Shown here in pieces: positions 1 to 9,134 of a stretch of DNA of 64,000 nt. A program made the position numbers and the translations under genes. A model generated the notes under the pieces. It saw only the letters and a program-made list of their open reading frames with translations, was not told the origin of the DNA and searched no databases. The first letter of the stretch is position 1. Each line of letters starts with the position of its first letter. Location: positions 61,256-125,255 of the forward strand of contig CADBQG010000007.1 in assembly GCA_902796805.1 (NCBI GenBank), read 5' to 3'. The stretch is from an uncultured Bacteroidota bacterium (GTDB lineage: Bacteria; Bacteroidota; Bacteroidia; Bacteroidales; WCHB1-69).

Positions 1-42
1 TTTGAAAATGTCGGTTTCTATCCCGCCTATACTATATTTTTG

Positions 43-50
43 TATATTTG
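43..50 (+). promoter_or_regulatory. Bacteroidota -7 promoter box (TATATTTG)
   Basis: Matches TAnnTTTG 24 nt upstream of the ATG at 74. Confidence 0.4.
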
Positions 51-73
51 CAGGTTCATTAAAATCTACAATT

Positions 74-781
74 ATGATCAGAATAAGTGAAATCAAGGAC
101 CGTGCGCTCTCCGTCTTGAGGCGCAGGTGGGGTTCCTTTGTCGGAATCTCGTTCATCTATTTTCTGTTGATGTCCGTCGGGGGTGTCTTCACCGAGGTCC
201 CGGCAAGGATTGCCGGCACGAACCTATCCACGGGTCTCGTGATATTGTCGATAGTCGGCATAGCCGTTTGGCTGCTGATGGTACCCATGGCCTACGGCTA
301 CAACATAGCCCATCTGAACGCCTCGCGGATGGACATGCCCGCCGAGGTGGGCGACCTCTTCTGCGGATACAAGAAATTCTGGAAGGTTCTATGGCTGATT
401 ATCCTCCAGGGCATCCTCACCGGACTTGCCGCCTGCCTTTTCATAATACCCGGAATAATCCTCGCATTGGCTTACTCCATGTCGATGTTCATCCTTCACG
501 ACAACCCCGAGCTCACCGTGGTGGAGGCACTCAGGAGAAGCCGCGAGATGATGCGCGGCTACAAGTGGGATCTCTTCGTGATGTACCTCAGCTTCTTAGG
601 CTGGATTCTGCTCGGGATACTGACGCTGTGCATCGGATACCTCTGGCTGGTCCCGTACATAACCATGTCGGAATACAAGTTCTACGAGAAAATCCTCGAA
701 CTCCGCGCCGAGTCCGATTCAGACGGATACGAGGGACAGCCCGACTACGTGGAAGAGACTCCCCAGATTGCCGAACAATGA
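74..781 (+). CDS. DUF975 family integral membrane protein
   Basis: ORF 2..781. An internal ATG at 74 (MIRISEIKDRALSVLRRRWGSF...) follows the promoter box. Multi-TM hydrophobic profile and acidic C-tail typical of DUF975. Confidence 0.7.
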   Translation: MIRISEIKDRALSVLRRRWGSFVGISFIYFLLMSVGGVFTEVPARIAGTNLSTGLVILSIVGIAVWLLMVPMAYGYNIAHLNASRMDMPAEVGDLFCGYKKFWKVLWLIILQGILTGLAACLFIIPGIILALAYSMSMFILHDNPELTVVEALRRSREMMRGYKWDLFVMYLSFLGWILLGILTLCIGYLWLVPYITMSEYKFYEKILELRAESDSDGYEGQPDYVEETPQIAEQ

Positions 782-3138
782 GGAATGCGGTTCTGATTCT
801 GGCCGCCGTCGCCTTGCTTGCGACCGGCTGCAACTCTTCCGGAAAGAAGGTCTCGAAGATTCTCGGCGCGACGGCGTTCCCCGTTGCCGCCGACTACCGT
901 GTTGTTCCGCTGCCCGACGTGGTCTCGCTCTCGGGCGGACGGCCGTTCGAACTCGACGGGCATACGCCTGTGTTCCATCCGGAGGACGGCGGGTTGAAGA
1001 GGGAGGCCGAGTTCCTGGCCGAGTACCTCGGCGACATGACAGACTCAAAACACAAAGTGGCAAAGTACACCGGCTTCTCCGAGCCAGGTCTCTACTTGAG
1101 GATTGACACGGCACTGTGCCCACGGCCTGAATCCTATCGGATCGATGTCGATTCATCGAAGGTTGTTGTTTCCGGAGCCGACGCGGCAGGTGTCTTCTAC
1201 GGGATACAGACTTTGAGGAAGAGCCTTCCAGTGGCCGGCTTCATCGACGTGGCAGTGCTGCCGGCCGGCACCGTTGAGGCCGCGCCCCGCTTCCCGTACC
1301 GCGGAATGCACCTCGACGTGGGCCGCCACTTCTTCACCATAGATTCCGTGAAGCGCTACATCGACATCATGGCCATGCACAACATAAACACATTCCACTG
1401 GCACCTCACCGAGGACCAGGGCTGGCGTGTGCAGATCGACAAGTATCCGAGGCTTACTGAGGTTGGAGCGTGGCGCACCGGCACAACCATAGGTCGCAAC
1501 ACCCACAAGTACGACAACAAAAGGCACGGCGGCTTCTACACCAAGAAGCAGCTGCGCGAGATAGTGGACTATGCCGCCGAAAGGCATATAAAGGTGATCC
1601 CGGAGTTCGACCTGCCCGGCCATACACAGTCGCTGCTCGCCGCCTACCCGCAGTTCGGATGCACCGGCGGCCCCTATGAGGTGTGGCGCCGCTGGGGAGT
1701 CTCCGACGAGGTGGTGTGCGCCGGCAACGAACAGGCAATGCGGTGCCTCGAGGACATCCTCAACGAGATAATGGACATTTTCTCATCCGACATAATACAC
1801 ATAGGCGGCGACGAATGCCCCAAGACCCGCTGGCACGAATGCCCCAAATGCCAGGCGAAAATCAAGGAGCTCAGAATCAAGGGCGACTCGAAATTCTCCG
1901 CCGAGGATTACCTCCAGAGCTACGTGATGAACAGGATGGAGAAGGTGGTGAAAGCCCGGGGACGCAAGATAATAGGGTGGGACGAGATCCTCGACGGCGA
2001 TGTGAGCCAGAGCGCCATAATCATGGCGTGGCGCAACCAGGAGGCCGGAGTGAGGGCCGCCGAGCAGGGCCACGACGTGGTGATGACCCCCTGCAACTAC
2101 CTCTACTTCAGCCAGGGACAGTCGCTTGAACCCGAGAACGAGCCCGTGTTCGCCGACGGTTACCTGCCCGTTGAGCGCGCCTATTCGTTCGACCCGGTAC
2201 CCGACAACATGACCGAAGAGGCGAAAAAGCACATAGTGGGCGTGCAGGGATGCGTGTGGGGCGAGTACGCGCCATGGTTCTCGCATGTGGAGTACGACGC
2301 CCTGCCGAGAATGGCCGCACTCTCCGAAATACAGTGGCGCAACACCCCGGAACGCGACTACCAGGACTTCGTGGAACGCTGCTTCAAGCTCGCGCAGCTC
2401 TACGACCTCTACGACTACAACTACGCCGGCCACATCTTCGGCCTGCAGGTTGACATAAAGCCCGACAGCAAGAAAAAGTGCATTGTGGTTACCATGTCGA
2501 ACTTCGGGGAGGGCGAGATAATATACTCCTTGGACGGCAGCGACCCGAAGCACGGCTCGCTGCGCTACACCGGCCCGGTGGAGATAAGGGAGAACGCCGA
2601 CTTCAGGGCCAAGCTCGTGAGAAGGACGGGCGAGGCCGACGAGTACGCCTGCAACTTCCGCTTCTCGAAGTCCTCGATGAAGCCCATCACCCTGAAGCAC
2701 CAGCCCGACAAGGAGTACGCCTTCGACGGCGCGCCCACCCTCATCGACGGGCTCCACGGCGGCAGCAACTACCGCTCAGGACGATGGCTCGGGTTCTGGG
2801 GCAAACCAGTGGAGGCCGCCATCGACCTCGGCACGCCAACCGCTATGTCCTCCGTGGCCTTCTCATCCATAATCCACATCAACGACTGGATATACAACCC
2901 CAAGAGCTTCTCCGTGATGGTGTCCGACGACGGAAGGAACTACAAAACCGTCGCCTCTAAGGAGTATCCTTTGGCAAACTTCGACACAGAGAACTGCATA
3001 GAAAAGTACGAACTAACCTTCAATGAGACGAAGGCGCGGTACGTGAAGGTGCTTATAACCGGACACCAGCTTCCCGAGCAGCACACCGGCTACGGTCATC
3101 CCGCATGGCTTTTTGTTGATGAGATAGAGGTGGAATGA
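778..3138 (+). CDS. GH20 beta-N-acetylhexosaminidase lipoprotein with C-terminal discoidin/F5-8 type C-like domain
   Basis: ATG at 778 gives MRNAVLILAAVALLATGC lipobox. GH20 motifs HWHLTEDQGWR and IHIGGDECPK. 4-nt ATGA overlap with the upstream stop. Confidence 0.9.
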   Translation: MRNAVLILAAVALLATGCNSSGKKVSKILGATAFPVAADYRVVPLPDVVSLSGGRPFELDGHTPVFHPEDGGLKREAEFLAEYLGDMTDSKHKVAKYTGFSEPGLYLRIDTALCPRPESYRIDVDSSKVVVSGADAAGVFYGIQTLRKSLPVAGFIDVAVLPAGTVEAAPRFPYRGMHLDVGRHFFTIDSVKRYIDIMAMHNINTFHWHLTEDQGWRVQIDKYPRLTEVGAWRTGTTIGRNTHKYDNKRHGGFYTKKQLREIVDYAAERHIKVIPEFDLPGHTQSLLAAYPQFGCTGGPYEVWRRWGVSDEVVCAGNEQAMRCLEDILNEIMDIFSSDIIHIGGDECPKTRWHECPKCQAKIKELRIKGDSKFSAEDYLQSYVMNRMEKVVKARGRKIIGWDEILDGDVSQSAIIMAWRNQEAGVRAAEQGHDVVMTPCNYLYFSQGQSLEPENEPVFADGYLPVERAYSFDPVPDNMTEEAKKHIVGVQGCVWGEYAPWFSHVEYDALPRMAALSEIQWRNTPERDYQDFVERCFKLAQLYDLYDYNYAGHIFGLQVDIKPDSKKKCIVVTMSNFGEGEIIYSLDGSDPKHGSLRYTGPVEIRENADFRAKLVRRTGEADEYACNFRFSKSSMKPITLKHQPDKEYAFDGAPTLIDGLHGGSNYRSGRWLGFWGKPVEAAIDLGTPTAMSSVAFSSIIHINDWIYNPKSFSVMVSDDGRNYKTVASKEYPLANFDTENCIEKYELTFNETKARYVKVLITGHQLPEQHTGYGHPAWLFVDEIEVE

Positions 3139-3204
3139 CGTTGCAACATCTTTTAAGATATTTCGTTATAAAGTAGGAATATTGTGAAAATAACTTTACA
3201 AGAT

Positions 3205-6141
3205 ATGAATAAATCGCTGAAAACCATAGTTTTATTACTGTTGAGCCTTGCCTTCTCAAGCGCGTGTGCGCAGGACATCATCATGGGGCAGGCCGCCTTG
3301 GTTAACGACGTGGAGGAGGAGGCACGTTACTTCTACGACTCCGGCGGTCACGATGGCGACTTCGACACGAGCCTCGTGGAGACCATGACCATAAAGCACG
3401 CCATGAACGCCGATTTCGTGCTTAACGTCTTTTTCGAGGACTTTGTGATGGGCCCGGGCGACACGCTCTGGATCTATGACGGCGAAAGCGCCGGCAGCCC
3501 GCTTCTCGGCGTTTACAATCTTGTAAGCTCGCCCGGCGACGTGTATGCGACGGGCAGCGCCCTCACCTTCGTGTTCAAGTCCGACAACGTCATCGATCCC
3601 GGACTCTCCTCCGGCTGGAAGGCTCGTGTGAGCGCGTACCGGCAGAACCAAAAGGATTTCAAGATCAACAATGTTGATGGAAGTACACAATACACCTGCA
3701 ACGCGAAGTTCTACGACTCTGGCGGAGCTAATGGTAATATCGCTGAAAATAACGAAAACTATTACGTAACATTTCAATCATCGGCAGGCTCGCACCTGAA
3801 GTGCGAGTTCACGCAGTTCAAGGTGAACGGGGTTATGAAAATCTATGACGGGCCTTACTATCCCAACTTTCCGGAGTTGAACGGTCGTCTTATAGGGCAG
3901 TTCTGCACCAGCACCTTGCCGGCAAACGGCAGGCCGCCGGTGCTGTTCTCCAGCACGCAGCAACTCACTTTCGTGTATGAGGGCAAGAGCGGCGATAAAC
4001 AAAAAGAAGGCTGGGCCGCAGATATAACCTGCGTGCCCGAACTTTACGTGAGCGACGACGCAAGCCCCTGCCCCAAGGTAACCAACGTGGCCGGCGGTGC
4101 CTACGCGAACAGCAACAATGGAGGAGGTGGCATAAGTGCCGAGGTTTCGGCCGACACAATCCTCTTCGACTGCTCCACTCCGGTTGTCATGCTTGAAGTT
4201 GAGATAAGCGCCACCGGCAAGTTCTCAAACGACTACACCGTGAAACAAATCCCCGAGTCGTGGAGGATGTTCGGCTATGACGAAGGAGATCTTGTTCCAG
4301 CAGAAACAGATGACAATTGGATAACTGAACAGCCTCTCCCATTTTCATTCAATTTTTTTGGAGAGACGTACGACAAGATATATCCTGGTGCTAACGGCTT
4401 GATATCATTTTCGTTTCCATCTACGGGAATGAATAGTTGTAAGTGGAAGACATCAGTTCCCCCTGCATCCCCGCCATATAGTAGTGTTCCATACAATTAC
4501 GATAATTCTCTCTACGGTGTTTATGAAGACATTTATCCAGGTTATTACATCGATGGCGGAGGCATTAGGTATAAAGTACTTGGCAGCTACCCTTGCAGGG
4601 CTTTTGTCTTCAACTACTACAACGTTGGACTGTTTAGTTGTGGAGCATCAAGTTATCCCGGTTACCAGAATTACCACAACACCTACCAGATGGTGTTGTA
4701 TGAAGGGACAAATATAATTGATGTATTCATCAAGAAAAGGGTTAACTGTCCGGAGTGGAACGAAGGACATGGTGTTGTCGGAATACAGAGTAAGAATTCG
4801 GCACAAATTCTCACAGCTCAAGGAATGGATTTCAATCAACTTTGGCAAGCCTCTGATGTTGGCTGGCGTTTCACGCCGATAACCCCATACGACGAGTTGG
4901 GCGACCTCAAGTGGTATGTGGCGCCTGCCTCCATGACAAAGAACATGCTCGACGACAGCTATATCAAATTTCACGATCCCGGTGCGAAACTCAAGAGGTT
5001 CACGGTGTCGCCCTCGGAGGACGTGAAGGTGTGGTCGAGGTACGAGTTCACCAACTCCACCGGCCAGTCGTTCACGGTGTGGGACTCCACGCTCATACTC
5101 GTGCAGATTCCGCAGACCACCACGTTGCACACATCAGGCGCGGGCGGCAGCCAGACGATATGTCCCGGCGAGCAGTGCACGCTCACCGTTACGCCCGACT
5201 CGCAGGAGTACCCCGACGTTACGCCCGTGCACTACTCCTGGAACACCGCACCCGCCGACACCAACCAGTCGGTGAACGTGGCGCCGGAGAAGACCACCAC
5301 CTACTACTGCAAGGTGACCTACAGCAACGGCTGCACCAGAGACGACAGCGTGAAGGTGGAGGTTACCGACCTCGAGCTGCCCGAGATATCGGCCACCGAC
5401 ACAACCATCTGTCTTGGCGAGAAGACGGTGCTTTCGGCCACGCACTCCACTGCCACGGAGTACAAGTGGAGCAACGGCGCCACCGGGCAGTCGATAACAG
5501 TGTCGCCGCAGGCAAACACCAGGTATAAGGTTGAAGTGGTGATGGAGGGCGGCTGCGTTGTCTCCGACACGCTCACCATAAACGTGAACCCGCTGCCGAA
5601 GCCGGCATTCATCGCCGACCCCACGGAGATATACGTCGAGAACGGCGTGGGCACGGTAACCTGCACCGACAACTCGCCCGAGCAGTACAGTTTAGTGTGG
5701 AACTTCGGCGACGTGAACTCCGCCGTCAATGAGGTGCAGGACGTGGCGACCGCCATCCACGAGTACGTGCGCGCGGGGTTCTACACTATCACGCTAACTG
5801 CCACCGACATCAACGGCTGTGTCGACTCCACGAAGAACAAGGTCTCCGTCACGGTGCCGTACTTCTTCTTCATCCCGAACGCCTTCTCGCCCAACGGCGA
5901 CGGCGACAACGAGCGATTCGCACCGAAGGGCGAGGGCGTGGACCCCGACTACTACTCTATGCAGATCTACGACCGCACCGGCACAATTGTCTTCAAGACC
6001 CGCAACCCCTACGACTACTGGGACGGCCGCGACAAGACGGGCAGGTTCTGCCCCGAGGGCGTGTATGTTTACCTCATACACCTCGTGAACCTCAACGGCG
6101 AGGAGAAGGAATACACCGGTTCGGTAACGTTGATCAGGTAG
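3205..6141 (+). CDS. Large secreted adhesin-like protein with T9SS type-B (gliding-motility CHU_C) C-terminal sorting domain
   Basis: Signal peptide MNKSLKTIVLLLLSLAFSSACAQ. CUB-like modules (YDSGG...IYDG), Ig/PKD-like repeats (NFGD...YTITLTATDINGC). C-terminus FIPNAFSPNGDGDNERF...YDRTGTIVF...WDGR. Confidence 0.8.
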   Translation: MNKSLKTIVLLLLSLAFSSACAQDIIMGQAALVNDVEEEARYFYDSGGHDGDFDTSLVETMTIKHAMNADFVLNVFFEDFVMGPGDTLWIYDGESAGSPLLGVYNLVSSPGDVYATGSALTFVFKSDNVIDPGLSSGWKARVSAYRQNQKDFKINNVDGSTQYTCNAKFYDSGGANGNIAENNENYYVTFQSSAGSHLKCEFTQFKVNGVMKIYDGPYYPNFPELNGRLIGQFCTSTLPANGRPPVLFSSTQQLTFVYEGKSGDKQKEGWAADITCVPELYVSDDASPCPKVTNVAGGAYANSNNGGGGISAEVSADTILFDCSTPVVMLEVEISATGKFSNDYTVKQIPESWRMFGYDEGDLVPAETDDNWITEQPLPFSFNFFGETYDKIYPGANGLISFSFPSTGMNSCKWKTSVPPASPPYSSVPYNYDNSLYGVYEDIYPGYYIDGGGIRYKVLGSYPCRAFVFNYYNVGLFSCGASSYPGYQNYHNTYQMVLYEGTNIIDVFIKKRVNCPEWNEGHGVVGIQSKNSAQILTAQGMDFNQLWQASDVGWRFTPITPYDELGDLKWYVAPASMTKNMLDDSYIKFHDPGAKLKRFTVSPSEDVKVWSRYEFTNSTGQSFTVWDSTLILVQIPQTTTLHTSGAGGSQTICPGEQCTLTVTPDSQEYPDVTPVHYSWNTAPADTNQSVNVAPEKTTTYYCKVTYSNGCTRDDSVKVEVTDLELPEISATDTTICLGEKTVLSATHSTATEYKWSNGATGQSITVSPQANTRYKVEVVMEGGCVVSDTLTINVNPLPKPAFIADPTEIYVENGVGTVTCTDNSPEQYSLVWNFGDVNSAVNEVQDVATAIHEYVRAGFYTITLTATDINGCVDSTKNKVSVTVPYFFFIPNAFSPNGDGDNERFAPKGEGVDPDYYSMQIYDRTGTIVFKTRNPYDYWDGRDKTGRFCPEGVYVYLIHLVNLNGEEKEYTGSVTLIR

Positions 6142-6190
6142 GATTTAGAATTTAGTATATAGTATTTAGAAATTAGAAATTAGAAATTTG
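6142..6190. repeat. Degenerate period-7 array, consensus ATTTAGA
   Basis: atttaga atttagt atatagt atttaga aattaga aattaga read directly after the stop codon. Confidence 0.7.
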
Positions 6191-6192
6191 TT

Positions 6193-6218
6193 GCGGCGCG
6201 GGAAATCGTGCCGCTTTT
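6193..6218 (+). terminator. Rho-independent terminator candidate
   Basis: GCGGCGCG-GGAAAT-CGTGCCGC stem (one G.U pair) followed by TTTTGG. Confidence 0.55.
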
Positions 6219-6321
6219 GGTTTCACGGCGTTGAGTATTGAAAGGGGGCTCCATCGGAGGAATAAAATCGTTTGGTTTTTCGCATGGAGGCAACTTCTGG
6301 TGCGTGGTTGAAACAAAGCGT

Positions 6322-6749
6322 TTTTTTTTGCTTGCAGACTTTCCGTTACTTTTTTCTTGATAAAAAAGTAACCAAAAAATCAAGCCGACATTAAAGCCCG
6401 CCCGCTCTGTCGAAAGCAAACAACAGCGGCAGAGTAGTATAAAATGCAAATGAAAAGAATGAAACCAGGCATATTGCCGCAGGCCTTTTGCATTTTATAA
6501 ACGCAAGCGCCTCTGCACGCTGTTGTAATGCTTTCGTCATTCACGGCGACACCGCCCCCTAATGTCGGCCCGTCCAGCCCGCGTGTGTGATAACTCACAA
6601 ACTCTCAAAAAGAGAGTTGCGGCTGCGCAAAAAAGAGTTGGCGGGCCGTTCAATTCGCGATACAGCCCGTCAGGGCTGAAGGATTCGGTAGCAAATGCAG
6701 TCCCCCATGTCTGGGTTACGCAGGCCGGAAAGTCTGCGCGCAAAAAAAA
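6322..6749. repeat. 428-bp element bounded by 24-nt inverted repeats, with nested hairpins (MITE-like element or structured RNA)
   Basis: Left end TTTTTTTTGCTTGCAGACTTTCCG (6322-6345) matches the reverse complement of the right end CGGAAAGTCTGCGCGCAAAAAAAA (6726-6749) at 22/24 positions. Internal hairpins at 6346-6372 and 6383-6570. Confidence 0.5.
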
Positions 6750-6834
6750 CCAAACATTTTCATACCGCAGCGAAAAAATTCCCGGGCGGCTATAAAAAAA
6801 TATCTACACACGATTGTGGATAAAGAAAAAAATG

Positions 6835-6842
6835 TATCTTTG
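6835..6842 (+). promoter_or_regulatory. Bacteroidota -7 promoter box (TATCTTTG)
   Basis: Perfect TAnnTTTG about 210 nt upstream of rpmD. It would give the distal ribosomal cluster its own promoter. Confidence 0.45.
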
Positions 6843-7052
6843 CGCACTTTTTGAAGTGGAATGTCAAAATGTCTGACAAGCGGGCATTTTGAGTCGCAAC
6901 TGACTGATTTTCACGGACTGTAATAAAATAGGGAAGGCGAGAGGCGTAGGAAATTTATGGTTTAGTTATAGGAAGATAGTTGCATTTTTGTTTCAAAAAG
7001 TGTGCTATTTTTTTTTTGATTATCAACAAGTAAAATAAAAATTTCAGAAGGG

Positions 7053-7232
7053 ATGAAAAAGATCAGAATCACACAAGTAAGAAGCGCCGTTGACAGGCCG
7101 GTACGTCAGAAGAGGTCATTGGAGGCGCTGGGATTGCGCAAGATGCACCAGACAGTGGAGCACGAGGCCACGCCTCAGATAGTGGGCATAGTTGACTCCG
7201 TGAAGCACTTGGTAAGCGTAGAGGAGTTATAA
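7053..7232 (+). CDS. rpmD: 50S ribosomal protein L30
   Basis: 59-aa ORF below the track cutoff, translated by hand: MKKIRITQVRSAVDRPVRQKRSLEALGLRKMHQTVEHEATPQIVGIVDSVKHLVSVEEL. Position is directly before rplO. Confidence 0.93.
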   Translation: MKKIRITQVRSAVDRPVRQKRSLEALGLRKMHQTVEHEATPQIVGIVDSVKHLVSVEEL

Positions 7233-7265
7233 TTCATTTAGTTAAAGAAAAACAAAGAAGAAGAT

Positions 7266-7730
7266 ATGAACTTACACAATTTAAAACCAGCAGCAGGATC
7301 AACGCACAAGGAACGCAGAATAGGCAGAGGACAGGGCTCAGGCAAGGGCGGCACGTCCACAAGGGGCCACAAGGGCGCCCAGTCTCGTTCGGGCTACAGC
7401 CGCAAGATAGGTTTCGAGGGCGGCCAGATGCCGATTTACAGGATACTGCCGAAGCGCGGTTTCAAGAACATCAACAGGGTTTCGTACAACGCCATCAATG
7501 TGAGCACGCTCCAGCAGTTGGCCGAGAAGAAGAATGTTGAGAAGATAGACCGCGACGTCCTCATAGCCAACGGTCTGGCCAAGAAAAACGACCTTATAGC
7601 CGTTCTGGCCAAGGGCGAGCTCACCGCCAAGGTTCACGTTGTTGCCGACAAATACTCGGCGAAGGCTAAGGAAATGATAGAGAAGTGCGGCGGCACCGCT
7701 GAGCTCGTGAAGGCCCAGGCCGCTGAATAA
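7266..7730 (+). CDS. rplO: 50S ribosomal protein L15
   Basis: MNLHNLKPAAGSTHKERRIGRGQGSGKGGTSTRGHKG, conserved operon position. Confidence 0.97.
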   Translation: MNLHNLKPAAGSTHKERRIGRGQGSGKGGTSTRGHKGAQSRSGYSRKIGFEGGQMPIYRILPKRGFKNINRVSYNAINVSTLQQLAEKKNVEKIDRDVLIANGLAKKNDLIAVLAKGELTAKVHVVADKYSAKAKEMIEKCGGTAELVKAQAAE

Positions 7731-7753
7731 GTTTTCATCAAACAACCTCTCAA

Positions 7754-9121
7754 ATGAAAAAGTTTATAGAGACAATCAAGAATATATTCAGGATTGAGGA
7801 TTTGAGAAAGCGGATCCTCTACACCTTGTTTATAATCCTGATATACCGTTTCGGCGCCCACGTGGTGCTTCCCGGCATCAACCCCGGCGCTCTCTCGGCG
7901 TTCACCAGCGCGGCGCAGAAGGGTCTTCTCGGAATGTTGGACCTCTTCTCGGGCGGCGCGTTCTCGAACGCCTCCATATTCGCGCTCGGCATAATGCCCT
8001 ACATCACGGCTTCCATCGTGGTGCAGCTTCTGACCCTCGCGGTGCCATACTTCCAGCGCCTTGCGAAAGAGGGTGAGAGCGGCCGCACCAAGATCAACCA
8101 GATCACGCGCTACCTCACCGTAGGCGTGCTTGCAGTGCAGGCTCCCGCCTACATCGCGCAGCTCACCGGCCAGTTCCCCGGAGCGATAGCGCCCTCTATG
8201 CTCGAGCACCGCGTGTTCGGCTTCTCGGCGTTCGCGATATGCGCGTTCATACTCTTGATTTCATCAACACTGTTCATAATGTGGCTCGGCGAGCGCATAA
8301 CCGACAACGGCATAGGCAACGGTATCTCCATCATAATCATGATAGGCATCATCGCGCGCCTGCCTTTCGCCCTCAAGGCTGAGTTCACCGCCCGCATCAC
8401 CGAGATGAACGGCGGCCCCATCATCTTCATCCTCGAGCTCGTGCTCATGATGATCATAATAGGCCTCTGTATCCTCCTCGTGCAGGGCACGCGCCGCATA
8501 CCGGTTCAATACGCGAAGCGCGTGGTCGGCAACAAGCAGTACGGCGGTGTCCGCAACTACCTCCCTCTCAAGGTGAACGCGGCCGGCGTTATGCCGATAA
8601 TCTTCGCCCAGGCTCTGATGTTCATACCGCTCACGTTCGTAAACATCTCGCAGGAGACAACATCGGGCTTCTGGAACAGCTTCATCGACTACAACAGGCT
8701 CGGATACAACATTGTGTTCTTCCTGATGATTATAGCGTTCACTTATTTCTACACCGCCATAACCATCAATCCGCAGCAGATTGCAGAGGACCTCAAGAAG
8801 AACAACGGTTTCATACCGGGCGTGAAGCCAGGGAAGCACACTGCGGAGTACATCGACAGGATAATGTCGAGGATCACACTCCCAGGCTCAATATTCCTCG
8901 GCATCGTGGCCGTTCTGCCGGCTGTGGTGCGCATGTTCGGCGTGAACCAGCAGTTCGCCCAGTTCTTCGGCGGCACGTCGCTGCTGATCATGGTGGGCGT
9001 TGTACTCGACACGCTCCAGCAGATTGAAAGCCATCTCCTGATGCGCCATTACGACGGCCTCACCAAGTCGGGCCGCATCAAGGGCCGCACCGGTGGCGGA
9101 ATATACGGAAACCAGATGTAG
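7754..9121 (+). CDS. secY: Preprotein translocase subunit SecY
   Basis: 10-TM profile, conserved N-terminus ...DLRKRILYTLFIILIYRFGAHVVLPGIN, synteny. Confidence 0.97.
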   Translation: MKKFIETIKNIFRIEDLRKRILYTLFIILIYRFGAHVVLPGINPGALSAFTSAAQKGLLGMLDLFSGGAFSNASIFALGIMPYITASIVVQLLTLAVPYFQRLAKEGESGRTKINQITRYLTVGVLAVQAPAYIAQLTGQFPGAIAPSMLEHRVFGFSAFAICAFILLISSTLFIMWLGERITDNGIGNGISIIIMIGIIARLPFALKAEFTARITEMNGGPIIFILELVLMMIIIGLCILLVQGTRRIPVQYAKRVVGNKQYGGVRNYLPLKVNAAGVMPIIFAQALMFIPLTFVNISQETTSGFWNSFIDYNRLGYNIVFFLMIIAFTYFYTAITINPQQIAEDLKKNNGFIPGVKPGKHTAEYIDRIMSRITLPGSIFLGIVAVLPAVVRMFGVNQQFAQFFGGTSLLIMVGVVLDTLQQIESHLLMRHYDGLTKSGRIKGRTGGGIYGNQM

Positions 9122-9134
9122 TGTATAGTCAGGA

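Noticed and set aside
127-777. N-terminal 217-aa extension of ORF 127..3138, overlapping the DUF975 gene in another frame
   Set aside because: The extension is Arg/Pro/His-rich with no coding-like pattern. The GH20 gene has a clean ATG at 778 with a lipoprotein signal peptide and an ATGA overlap with the upstream stop.
1783-2757. 324-aa ORF antisense to the GH20 hexosaminidase gene
   Set aside because: It is a mirror-frame ORF, typical of GC-rich coding DNA. The sequence is low-complexity and Val/Gly/His/Arg-rich, while the opposite strand carries unmistakable GH20 motifs.
6721-6740. GGAAAGTC string reminiscent of the RNase P RNA conserved region
   Set aside because: None of the other conserved RNase P blocks are present nearby, and the string is part of the right-hand inverted repeat of the 428-bp element.
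6180-6795. Four short ORFs (68-89 aa) in the non-coding gap upstream of rpmD
   Set aside because: They overlap each other, run through inverted repeats and homopolymer tracts, and lack start context and recognisable motifs. The region is better explained by the inverted-repeat element.
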